Shown: piece by piece, positions 25,329 through 33,902 of the stretch | How positions within the stretch are numbered: position 1 is the first letter of the stretch | How the letters are laid out: every line of letters starts with the position of its first letter | Source: Vicinamibacterales bacterium | Lineage (GTDB): Bacteria > Acidobacteriota > Vicinamibacteria > Vicinamibacterales > JAMQPK01 | Direction of reading: 5' to 3' | Assembly: GCA_023717525.1 (NCBI GenBank) | Contig: JAMQPK010000194.1 | Location: 6,064 to 70,063 of the forward strand | Length of the DNA: 64,000 nucleotides | Program-made: the position numbers and the translations under genes | Notes under the pieces: model-generated | Told to the model about the DNA's origin: nothing | The model's database searches: none | What the model saw: the letters and a program-made list of their open reading frames with translations, nothing else

Positions 25329-26972
25329 ATGCCTATGCGCACATACCGGTCGGTCTCCGTCGCGGCGTTCGCCATCGTCCTGTCGGCTCTCGTAGGCGGG
25401 TTTTTCGGCGGGCGCGTCCTGGCCACGCAGGACGGCCTTCCGGAACGCTATAACGTCTTTACGGCAGCGCTCAATCAGATCGACGCGAAATACGTCGAAA
25501 AGGTCGAGTCCGACAAGCTTGTGTACGGCGCCATCAACGGCATGCTGCAGACGCTCGATCCGCATTCGAGCTTCATGGACCCCAAGGCGTACGCGCTGTT
25601 GCGCGAGCGTCAGGAAGGTCATTATTACGGTCTTGGCATCAGCATCAACGTCGTCGACGGCGACATCACAGTCATGTCGTTGTTCGAGGGATCGCCCGCC
25701 TATAAGAAGGGCATTCGCCGCGGCGACGTGGTCTCCAGGATCAACGGGGACGACGCCAAGGGCTGGACGAGCGACCAGGCGGTGTCGAAGTTGCGCGGAC
25801 CACGCGGTACGCCCGTACAGGTGTCGATTAAGCGCGCCGGCTACGAGAAGCTGATCGATGTCGAAGTGGTAAGGGATGAAATCAGCATCCCGAGCATCCC
25901 GGCCGCCTTCATGATTGCCGGCGATACCGGCTACATCCAGCTCCACGACTTCTCCGAGACGACCGATCGAGAGTTGGGCGCGGCGCTTCGCGATCTCACC
26001 GGGAAGGGCATGACGAAGCTCGTCCTCGACATCCGCGAGAACCCGGGCGGCCCGCTGGACCAGGCTATCAAGGTTTCAAACAGGTTCCTCAAGCGAGGCG
26101 ACCTGATCGTCTACACACGCGGCCGCATCCCGAACTCCGATCAGGACTACCGCGCCGTCGACAACAGCGACTACACCAACCTTCCGGTTGTGGTGCTGGC
26201 GAATCGGCGCAGTGCCAGCGCGTCGGAGATTGTCACTGGGGCGCTTCAGGATCACGATCGCGCCGTGGTTGTAGGCGAGACCACGTGGGGCAAAGCGCTC
26301 GTGCAGTCCATCTACCGTCTCAGCGAAGGCGCCGGGCTGGCGCTGACGACCGCGCACTACTTCACGCCAGCCGGCCGGCTCATTCAGCGCCCATGGGACG
26401 AGACGTTCGACGAGTATCTGTCGTACACCATGCGCGATCAGGACCCGAACAAAGTCCATCCGCCAAGTGATTTGAAATACACACTGAAGCTCGGTCGCAA
26501 GGTGTACAGCGGTGGCGGCATCGAGCCTGATCACCGGATGGACGGCCCGGTCGAGGGCTTCAATCCCGGCAAGTTCGCGCGACGCTTGCATCCCGGGATG
26601 TTCGCGACCTTCGCGCAGCGTTTCGATCGCGAGGGCGACGCGCGTTTTGGCGCAGCCACCGACAAGAGCGCGCGGCGCGTCCTGACGAAAGATTTTGTCG
26701 TAGACGATGCGATGATCCAGGAGTTCAAGACGTTCGTCCGTTCGCAGATGCGTGATGCGAGCCAGTTCGACGAGGCCGGGTTGACCGCCGACGTCGAGTT
26801 CGTGCGCTCGATGCTTCGCTATGAGATCGACGTCGCGTTGTTCGACCTCGCGACGGCCAGACGGCATCTGCTCGAGAAGGATCCGCAGACGAAATACGCG
26901 CTTACGCTCCTTCCGGAGGCGGAAGCGCTCCTGCGTTCATCCTCGAGTTCGAGCGTGAAGGCGTCGCGGTAG
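25329..26972 (+). CDS. ctpA: carboxy-terminal processing (S41) peptidase with PDZ domain
   Basis: Signal anchor and PDZ domain (GLGISINVVDGDITVMSLFEGSPAYKKGIRRGDVV). LDIRENPGGPL and RSASASEI catalytic Ser region. A TTG at 25326 is an alternative start. Confidence 0.85.
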   Translation: MPMRTYRSVSVAAFAIVLSALVGGFFGGRVLATQDGLPERYNVFTAALNQIDAKYVEKVESDKLVYGAINGMLQTLDPHSSFMDPKAYALLRERQEGHYYGLGISINVVDGDITVMSLFEGSPAYKKGIRRGDVVSRINGDDAKGWTSDQAVSKLRGPRGTPVQVSIKRAGYEKLIDVEVVRDEISIPSIPAAFMIAGDTGYIQLHDFSETTDRELGAALRDLTGKGMTKLVLDIRENPGGPLDQAIKVSNRFLKRGDLIVYTRGRIPNSDQDYRAVDNSDYTNLPVVVLANRRSASASEIVTGALQDHDRAVVVGETTWGKALVQSIYRLSEGAGLALTTAHYFTPAGRLIQRPWDETFDEYLSYTMRDQDPNKVHPPSDLKYTLKLGRKVYSGGGIEPDHRMDGPVEGFNPGKFARRLHPGMFATFAQRFDREGDARFGAATDKSARRVLTKDFVVDDAMIQEFKTFVRSQMRDASQFDEAGLTADVEFVRSMLRYEIDVALFDLATARRHLLEKDPQTKYALTLLPEAEALLRSSSSSSVKASR

Positions 26973-27210
26973 GTAAAAGGTAGGTCGAATACCACACTTA
27001 GCGTTCCAGTTTATCCTTGCCCCAGCATATGGGGCTTGTTACACTGGCGACCGTTTCGCGATCCCCGGGGCGCGCTTCGATTTCGAAGCGCAGGGGTCCA
27101 GATTCGGCCGCATTTGCACACCTCACAGGGTCTGATTCGTCTGGAGCGTCCCAGCCGCTCGTGGGTTTCGGTCTATCCGAAGCTTGCGCGCGGCGTTGTT
27201 TTGTACTTCT

Positions 27211-27245
27211 TAGTTTTCAGTTTTTAGTTTTCAGTTTCCAGTATC
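27211..27245. repeat. single-arm tandem heptamer array TAGTTTT CAGTTTT TAGTTTT CAGTTTC CAGTATC
   Basis: Read directly. It ends 6 nt before the smc ATG, and no inverted partner was found nearby. Confidence 0.8.
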
Positions 27246-27251
27246 GCCCTT

Positions 27252-30200
27252 ATGCGCCTACAGCAACTCGAAATCTCCGGCTTCAAATCGTTCTCCGATC
27301 GCTCGCATTTGAACTTCGACCGTGGCGTGACGGCGATCGTGGGGCCGAACGGGTGCGGGAAGAGCAATGTGGCTGACGCCATCACGTGGGTGCTTGGCGA
27401 GCAGAGCGCCAAGAGCCTCCGTGGCGACCGCATGGAGGACGTGATTTTCAACGGCAGCGATGCGCGAAAGCCCACGGGCGCGGCCGAAGTCAGGCTCCGC
27501 CTCAGCGACGTGCTCTCGATGCCGGCCGGCAGCGGCAGCGCGACCGAAGCCGTGTTGGTTGAGGGGGATCCGCTGGGCGAAGATGATCCACCGGCGATTG
27601 CCAGAACGGTCGAGGTGACGCGCCGGTTGTATCGCTCGGGCGAGAGCGAATACCTGATTGACGGCGAAATCTGCCGGCTGCGCGACGTGCACGAGTTTCT
27701 GATGGATACCGGGCTCGGCGCCAAAGCCTACGCGATTATCGAGCAGGGAAAGATCGGCATGATCCTCAGCTCGCGGCCGACCGATCGCCGCCAACTGATC
27801 GAGGAAGCCGCCGGCATCACCAAGTACAAGGCACGGCGCCGGGCGGCCGAGTTGAAGCTCGAAGCGGCCCAGCTGAACCTGACGCGCCTGGAAGACATCA
27901 TCTTCGAGCTCGAGAAACAGTTTGGATCGTTGAAGCGTCAGTCGGCCAAGGCGCGCCGCTATAAGCGGTTGCGAGACGAGCAGCGCCAGTGGGAAAAAGT
28001 GCTGTTTGCCGGACGGTATCGAGAGGCGGCGCAGACGATCGAGTCGCTGCGATCACAGCTGGCGAACGCACGCGTGAAGGAGTCTGCGGCTGCCGCCGCA
28101 CTCGGTGCGGCGGACGCCGATTTCAGCCGCGTTCGTTTGTCGCTCGTGGAAGCCGACGCCCGTGCCACGGCTGCGCGCGAGGCCGTGCACAGCTGCGAGC
28201 TCGAAATCAATACACGCCGGCAGCAGATCGACTTCAACCGGCAGCAGATCGAGACGATCGGAATGCGGGCGACCGAGGTCCGCGGTGAACTGGACCAGCT
28301 TGTGGCTCGCCGCGAGCCGAGCCGGCTGGCCGTTGTGGAACGGGAAGCGGCGGCGTTGAAAGCCCGGCAAGACCAGCAGACCGCCGCGGCCGATCTGGAG
28401 GGCGTCGAGCGCGAATACGGCGACGAAAATCGCCGAATCGAGGGGCTCGAAGCCGACGTCGAGGCGGCGCGGTCTGAGGTGTTTTCGGCGCTGAACGTGG
28501 CGACGACGCTGCGTCATGCCATCCAGCACACCGAGGAGGCCGGCGCTCGTGTTTCCCAGGAACTCGCGAAGCTCGCCGTCGAGGAAGGCGACATCCGGAT
28601 TGAGAGGGAACGCCTCGAGGACGATCGGGCAGCCACGGCCGACGGCCTGCGGCGAGCCCAGCAGGCCGCCGAGGCGTCGATGCACGCGCGCACGGCGCGT
28701 GAGACAGAGCTTGCAACCGCCCGCATCGAGCTGGAATGGAAGTCGAACAACCTCCAGGCCCGCGAGCGGGAGCTCGCCGGTCTCACGGCCCGGCTTGCGT
28801 CGCTCACCGAGCTCGCGGAGGCCAGAACGGGTTACACCGAAGCGGCGCGCATGGTGCTCGCGCAGGCCAACGGCCACGTCGGTCAGCAGGGATCGGTCGC
28901 GGACTATCTCGAAGTCGAACCGAAGTACGAGCGCGCCGTCGAAGCGTGCCTCGGCGACCTCCTTCAGCACATCATCGTCGCGACGCATAAGCAGGCCGAG
29001 GCCGGGCTCGAACTGATCCGCCAGGAGAACGTCGGCCGCTGCGGGTTCGTCGTGCTGGAAGGTATCGAGGCCGGACACGAGCCAGCGCGACAGCCAGCGT
29101 TCCAGGGACTTGTGCCGGTCCGCGATGCGATCAGAGTGACGGGGCCTCATGCGGCGGCGATCCAGTCGGCGATTCCCAATGCGTGGATTGCCGCGGACCT
29201 GCATTCCGCCCTGGCCGCAGCCAGCGTTACGCCGCTGAGTGCGATTGCGACGCTGGCCGGGGAAGTCGTGCACGGTCGGGCGCTCGTGTCCGGAGGCGGC
29301 AAGGATGAAGGCCGCGCGATTCTTGGTATCAAACGCGAGATCAAGGAGCTGCGCGATCGGATCGCGGGCGAGGAAGCCGAGCGCGATCAGTCGGTGACCG
29401 ACGTCGCGGCACTGGACACACGCGTTGTGCAGGTCTCCAATGCGCTCGCCGCGGTGAACGGGGATCTGCACAGGGAAGAGAAAGCGATTCTGGCTCTGGA
29501 GATGCAACTGCAGCGATCGGCGGACGATCTCGAGAGAGTCGCCAAGAAGGCAGAACTGGTTGCCATCGAACGCCGGGGAGCGGAAGAGCAGCGAGACGGG
29601 TTCGATGCGCGTCAGCGGGAAGCGCGCGAGTCGATTGCCAGGCTCGATCAGGAACAGCGGGCGGCTGATTCCCGCTTGTCGCAGGCGCAGCACCGGCTTG
29701 GCGATGCGCGAGAAGCGCAGCAGGCGCTGGCGCGCCGCGCCGCTGAGGCCAAGGCGTCGTACGCGACGCAGGTCGAACGTGCAGCGGCGCTGCAAGCGGA
29801 AGTTGCGAGGCTCGAAGAGGGTTGTCGCGAACTCGAAGAGCGCGTGAAGGGTTCCCAGGCGAGCCTGACGGAACTTGATCGTCAGCGTGAGACGCTTCGC
29901 AGGCTCGTGGACGAGACGATCCTGCTGCTCGATGCAGACGGTGTTCGGCTGGAGAAACTGCGTGCGGAGGTTCGGCGCGCCGAGGACGCCGTCAACGAGC
30001 TTCGCCAGGAGGCCGATCGGCACGAATCGTCCATCCGCGATGCTCGCAAAGTTCTCGATGCGGCCCTCCAGGAGGTCGCCGAACTCGAGGTGTCGCGCGC
30101 CACGGCGGAAAGCCATCTGGGGCACCTTGCGGAATCCTGCCTTGAGACGCTGCAGCTGACACTGGATGAAGTGGCGTCGGAGATGGAGCAGTCCCAGCCG

Positions 30201-30923
30201 CCGGTTGTTGCGTCCGTGGCGGACGCCGAGGACGAGACCGACGAATCAGAGGAACGGGAGGTTGCGGTCATCGCGGAGTCTGCTTCACCCGAGGAACATA
30301 TCGCCAGTCTCCGGCGGAAGATCGATCGGCTTGGTCCGGTCAACATGATGGCCATCGATCAATTTGACGAGCTCGAGACCCGGCACACCTTCCTGACGAC
30401 GCAGCGGAAGGATCTCACCGATTCGATTCAGTCGACGAGCGATACGATCAAGAAGATCGACGAGACGAGCAAGGCGCGATTCCGCGAGGCCTTCGGAGCC
30501 ATCAAGGAAAACTTTCAATTGACGTTCAGTACGCTGTTCGGCGGCGGTCATGCCACCCTGGCGCTGCTCGACGAGAACGACGTGCTGGAGAGCGGCATCG
30601 AGGTTGTTGCCTCGCCGCCAGGCAAACGGCTGCAAAGCGTGATGCTGCTGTCGGGAGGCGAAAAGGCGCTGACGGCCATCGCGCTGATGTTCGCCATCTT
30701 CAGATACAAACCGAGTCCGTTCTGCGTGCTCGACGAAATCGATGCGCCCCTGGACGATGCCAACATCGGCCGGTTCGTCGAGATGCTGCAGGGCATGCAG
30801 GACCACACCCAGTTCATCATCATCACCCACAGCCGGAAGACGATGGAAATCGCCGATCGCCTGTATGGCGTGACGATGGAAGAGCCTGGTGTCTCGAAGC
30901 TGATCTCGATCGAGCTGAACTGA
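27252..30923 (+). CDS. smc: chromosome segregation protein SMC
   Basis: MRLQQLEISGFKSF...GPNGCGKSNV, long coiled coils, a hinge region, and C-terminal LSGGEKALTAIALMFAIF...LDEIDAPLD. Confidence 0.95.
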   Translation: MRLQQLEISGFKSFSDRSHLNFDRGVTAIVGPNGCGKSNVADAITWVLGEQSAKSLRGDRMEDVIFNGSDARKPTGAAEVRLRLSDVLSMPAGSGSATEAVLVEGDPLGEDDPPAIARTVEVTRRLYRSGESEYLIDGEICRLRDVHEFLMDTGLGAKAYAIIEQGKIGMILSSRPTDRRQLIEEAAGITKYKARRRAAELKLEAAQLNLTRLEDIIFELEKQFGSLKRQSAKARRYKRLRDEQRQWEKVLFAGRYREAAQTIESLRSQLANARVKESAAAAALGAADADFSRVRLSLVEADARATAAREAVHSCELEINTRRQQIDFNRQQIETIGMRATEVRGELDQLVARREPSRLAVVEREAAALKARQDQQTAAADLEGVEREYGDENRRIEGLEADVEAARSEVFSALNVATTLRHAIQHTEEAGARVSQELAKLAVEEGDIRIERERLEDDRAATADGLRRAQQAAEASMHARTARETELATARIELEWKSNNLQARERELAGLTARLASLTELAEARTGYTEAARMVLAQANGHVGQQGSVADYLEVEPKYERAVEACLGDLLQHIIVATHKQAEAGLELIRQENVGRCGFVVLEGIEAGHEPARQPAFQGLVPVRDAIRVTGPHAAAIQSAIPNAWIAADLHSALAAASVTPLSAIATLAGEVVHGRALVSGGGKDEGRAILGIKREIKELRDRIAGEEAERDQSVTDVAALDTRVVQVSNALAAVNGDLHREEKAILALEMQLQRSADDLERVAKKAELVAIERRGAEEQRDGFDARQREARESIARLDQEQRAADSRLSQAQHRLGDAREAQQALARRAAEAKASYATQVERAAALQAEVARLEEGCRELEERVKGSQASLTELDRQRETLRRLVDETILLLDADGVRLEKLRAEVRRAEDAVNELRQEADRHESSIRDARKVLDAALQEVAELEVSRATAESHLGHLAESCLETLQLTLDEVASEMEQSQPPVVASVADAEDETDESEEREVAVIAESASPEEHIASLRRKIDRLGPVNMMAIDQFDELETRHTFLTTQRKDLTDSIQSTSDTIKKIDETSKARFREAFGAIKENFQLTFSTLFGGGHATLALLDENDVLESGIEVVASPPGKRLQSVMLLSGGEKALTAIALMFAIFRYKPSPFCVLDEIDAPLDDANIGRFVEMLQGMQDHTQFIIITHSRKTMEIADRLYGVTMEEPGVSKLISIELN

Positions 30924-30969
30924 CCGATCGCTCAGGAACCTTTAGGGAGGCCCGTTCGTCAGTACTCCC

Positions 30970-31791
30970 ATGCCCCGTCAGCCCTCAGCCCTTAGCCCTC
31001 AGCCCTTGAAGGCATGGCTGGTCATCGTGCCCATGCTGGGCGCTGTCGCCTGCGATGTTCAGGTCCGCGAGGGAAACGTCAAGCTTGGCGTATTTTCCGC
31101 CGAGGCGAAGCAGGAGTGGATACGGGAGTATCCCTTGCCCGCCGGGGGCGAGGTGGAGATCGCGAACCTCAACGGGCCCATCGAACTCACCATGGGACCC
31201 GCGGGTCCTCTCGAGGTGCGGATCGACATCAGGGCAAAGTCGCTGACCGAGAGCATCGCCAGAGAGATCCTGAACAAGGGCAAGATTGAGGAGACGGTAT
31301 CGCTCGAACGGGTGAAGGTCGAGACGGTGGTTCCGAGAGGTATCCACGGGTCGTACGAAGCGCGCTACCAGGTCCGCGTTCCGCCTGGCGTCGCTGCCCA
31401 GGTTTCGACCACGAATGGATCGGTGAAAGCCGTCGGTCTCGCCGGCAAGCTGAAAGCGTCGGTGGTGAACGGAGCGGTTGAACTGACGGCGATCTCAGGG
31501 GCGCTCGATGCCGCGGTCGTGAACGGATCACTCGTGGTGAAGCTTGCGCAGGTGACGGCTCCGATACGGCTGGAGACCACCAATGGGCGGCTCACGCTGG
31601 AGCTGCCCAAGACGAGCCGGGCGGACCTCTCGGCGCGCGTCGTCAACGGCGGGTTGAGCGTGTCCGGGCTTCCCGTCGAGGAACCCGCCCAGCGGCGAAT
31701 CAGGAATCTCGAAGCGATGCTGAACGGCGGAGGCCCGACCGTCGATCTTCGAACCACAAATGGGCGGATCAGCATCACCGGCACGGAATGA
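30970..31791 (+). CDS. DUF4097-like beta-helix protein (putative lipoprotein)
   Basis: Repeated NG(S/A/G)(V/L) turns (TTNGSVKAV, VVNGAVEL, VVNGSLVV, TTNGRLTL, VVNGGLSV, TTNGRISI). The start is uncertain: a TTG at 31006 would give MKAWLVIVPMLGAVAC. Confidence 0.6.
   Translation: MPRQPSALSPQPLKAWLVIVPMLGAVACDVQVREGNVKLGVFSAEAKQEWIREYPLPAGGEVEIANLNGPIELTMGPAGPLEVRIDIRAKSLTESIAREILNKGKIEETVSLERVKVETVVPRGIHGSYEARYQVRVPPGVAAQVSTTNGSVKAVGLAGKLKASVVNGAVELTAISGALDAAVVNGSLVVKLAQVTAPIRLETTNGRLTLELPKTSRADLSARVVNGGLSVSGLPVEEPAQRRIRNLEAMLNGGGPTVDLRTTNGRISITGTE
30978..31005. repeat. tandem heptamer array TCAGCCC TCAGCCC TTAGCCC TCAGCCC
   Basis: Read directly. It lies either in the n-region of the predicted signal peptide (if the ATG at 30970 is used) or directly abuts a TTG start at 31006. 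Confidence 0.75.
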
Positions 31792-32885
31792 ACGAAGACA
31801 GGGCAACCCGGTACCATCGGCTTGGGCGGCGCGCCAGCGCACTCTCGACGGTTGTGATGCCGGTGCTGCTCCTGGGGCTGATGTTCACCGGTGGCTCGAC
31901 CGCGATCCGAGACTGGGCCGGGCGCATTGCGGCCCCACAGTCGCTCGTCATTGCGCTCTATGTTTTCGTGGTGTCGGTCATGGCCGATCTGGCGCTCCTG
32001 CCTCTCAGTTTCTACAAAGGTTTCGTTCTCGAGCGCCGCTACGGCCTGGCCGCACAGACCGCATTCGAGTGGCTCAAAGATCACGCGAAAGCCGTCCTCA
32101 TTGGCCTTGCCTTTGCGGAGGCTGGCGCATCGCTCGTCTACTACACACTGCGCCGTTGGCCTTCAGAGTGGTGGTGGATTTCAGGGGTCGGCTATTCGCT
32201 TGTGGTACTCGCACTGGTGAATCTTGCGCCTGTTGTGCTGCTGCCGCTCTTCTTCCGATTCAAGCCGCTCGACAAGCATGCGTTGCGCGACCGGTTGACG
32301 GCGCTTGCGGCGAAGGCCGACACGAGGGTGATGGGCGTCTACGAGTGGCGGTTGAGCGACCGGACAAAGAAAGCGAATGCAGCCCTGGCCGGATTGGGGA
32401 ACACGCGGCGGATCATGCTCTCCGACACGCTGATTGCAGACTACTCAGACGAGGAGATCGAGGTGATCCTCGCACACGAGCTTGCGCATCACGTGCATCT
32501 GGATATCTGGAAAGGAGTCCTGGCCGACGTGTCACTGGCGATGGCGGGATTCTATCTGGCACATCGCGCGCTTCAAACATTCGCGCCGTATTTCGGTCTT
32601 CATGGCGCGAGCGATCCGGCCGGCATGCCGATCGTCATCGTCGCCGGTGGAGCGCTCGCGTTGCTGTTGAAGCCGTTGATGAATGCGCAGTCGCGTCGCC
32701 ACGAGCGCCGAGCCGATGCGTATGCGCTCCGGATCACCAGAAATCCCACGGCGTTCATTTCCGCCATCCGCCGCCTGGGCCAGCAGAACCTCGCTGAAGA
32801 AGACCCTTCCCGCCTGGTCCAGGCGTTGTTCTACACGCATCCCCCCATCAAGGAACGGCTGCGCGCTGCGCAGGAATGGTTGTAG
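31788..32885 (+). CDS. M48 family metallopeptidase (Ste24/HtpX-like)
   Basis: Multi-TM N-terminal half, HELAHHVH zinc motif, and ...HPPIKERL near the C-terminus. Confidence 0.8.
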   Translation: MNEDRATRYHRLGRRASALSTVVMPVLLLGLMFTGGSTAIRDWAGRIAAPQSLVIALYVFVVSVMADLALLPLSFYKGFVLERRYGLAAQTAFEWLKDHAKAVLIGLAFAEAGASLVYYTLRRWPSEWWWISGVGYSLVVLALVNLAPVVLLPLFFRFKPLDKHALRDRLTALAAKADTRVMGVYEWRLSDRTKKANAALAGLGNTRRIMLSDTLIADYSDEEIEVILAHELAHHVHLDIWKGVLADVSLAMAGFYLAHRALQTFAPYFGLHGASDPAGMPIVIVAGGALALLLKPLMNAQSRRHERRADAYALRITRNPTAFISAIRRLGQQNLAEEDPSRLVQALFYTHPPIKERLRAAQEWL

Positions 32886-32894
32886 GATATCCCG

Positions 32895-33407
32895 ATGAAC
32901 GAACTCGAGATGTTTTTTGGCGCGTGGGAACGCCAGGCGCAAGGCATCGCGAAGCTGTTGAAGGCGCTGCCTTCGGACAAGTACGACTTCAAGCCCGACC
33001 CCGGCGGCCGGTCGCTGGGCGAACTTGGCTGGCACCTTGCGGAAGGCGACGCCTACATGAGCTTTGGTGTCGAGTGCGGGAAGTTCGATTTCGGCATGAA
33101 GCCGCCGAATATGGAGCGGCCGCGCACGATCGAAGCACTGGCCCCGGGTTTCGAGCGCGTCCATCAGGAGGCGGTCGCCCGGCTTCGCAAGCTAAAGCCA
33201 GAGGATCTGGATCGTCAGGTCGTCTTCTTCAACGGCCAGCCGATTCCGATTCGATCGGTCCTGTGGGAGATGATCCTCGCGCACGGCACCCACCATACCG
33301 GGCAGCTCAGCCTGATGTGCCGGCTGTCGGGCGGTACCACTCCCGGACTGTACGGGCCAAATCGCGAGGATATGGCGGCGATGCGGGCAGCAGCTTCGCG
33401 CGCATAG
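32895..33407 (+). CDS. DinB-family protein
   Basis: 170 aa with a ...LGELGWHLAEG... and ...LAHGTHHTGQL pattern of His ligands typical of DinB/YfiT four-helix proteins. Confidence 0.75.
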   Translation: MNELEMFFGAWERQAQGIAKLLKALPSDKYDFKPDPGGRSLGELGWHLAEGDAYMSFGVECGKFDFGMKPPNMERPRTIEALAPGFERVHQEAVARLRKLKPEDLDRQVVFFNGQPIPIRSVLWEMILAHGTHHTGQLSLMCRLSGGTTPGLYGPNREDMAAMRAAASRA

Positions 33408-33429
33408 CACGAGCGCGCCGCCTGTCTGT

Positions 33430-33798
33430 CTATCGCTTATTGACGACCAGCTCCCCGCGCATCTCCTTGCACCGTTCGTCGATCGCCAGGTTGCAGTAGA
33501 TAGGGAAGCGGCCCGGTTGGTCGGCGCGGAACTCGAAGACGACGGTTTTGCCCGGCTCCACGCGTTTGGCGATTCGGTACTTGTCGATGGTGAAGCTGTG
33601 CGGGATGTCGTCGCTCGTCAGAGCAATCCTGACGAGGTCGTCCTGCTGCACGTCAAGCTGACCGGGGGAAAAGGCGTATTTGTGAGCGGAGACCGAAAAC
33701 TTCTGCTCCCGGCCGCCTTCCTGCGCGAACGCCGCCCCAAACCCGAGCATGACGCCGAGCACGAGCGCCGTCCAGCGAAGCCGAGTAGCGGACGTCAT
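33430..33798 (-). CDS. secreted cupredoxin-like domain protein
   Basis: Internal ATG at 33798 has AAGGAGA upstream. Signal peptide MTSATRLRWTALVLGVMLGFGAAFAQ, then HSFTIDKY...GRFPIYCNL.... Confidence 0.6.
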   Translation of the reverse strand: MTSATRLRWTALVLGVMLGFGAAFAQEGGREQKFSVSAHKYAFSPGQLDVQQDDLVRIALTSDDIPHSFTIDKYRIAKRVEPGKTVVFEFRADQPGRFPIYCNLAIDERCKEMRGELVVNKR

Positions 33799-33846
33799 GA
33801 CGGTTCTCCTTACCGGGGGGGCTGGGTGAACCTGGACATTTGAAAA

Positions 33847-33890
33847 TTGAACATTGAAACATTGCAGCAATGCAATGTTTCAATGTTCCA
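33847..33890 (-). terminator. hairpin (18-bp perfect stem, 4-nt loop) built from GAACATT/GAAACATT units; probable pnp terminator
   Basis: GAACATTGAAACATTGCA-gcaa-TGCAATGTTTCAATGTTC. In minus sense it is followed by AAUUUUCAAAU. Confidence 0.55.
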
Positions 33891-33902
33891 GTGTAGCAGT
33901 CT

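Noticed and set aside
28053-30125. 690-aa minus-strand ORF
   Set aside because: It is antisense to smc. The Arg/Leu-rich translation mirrors the Glu/Ala/Arg-rich coiled coil.
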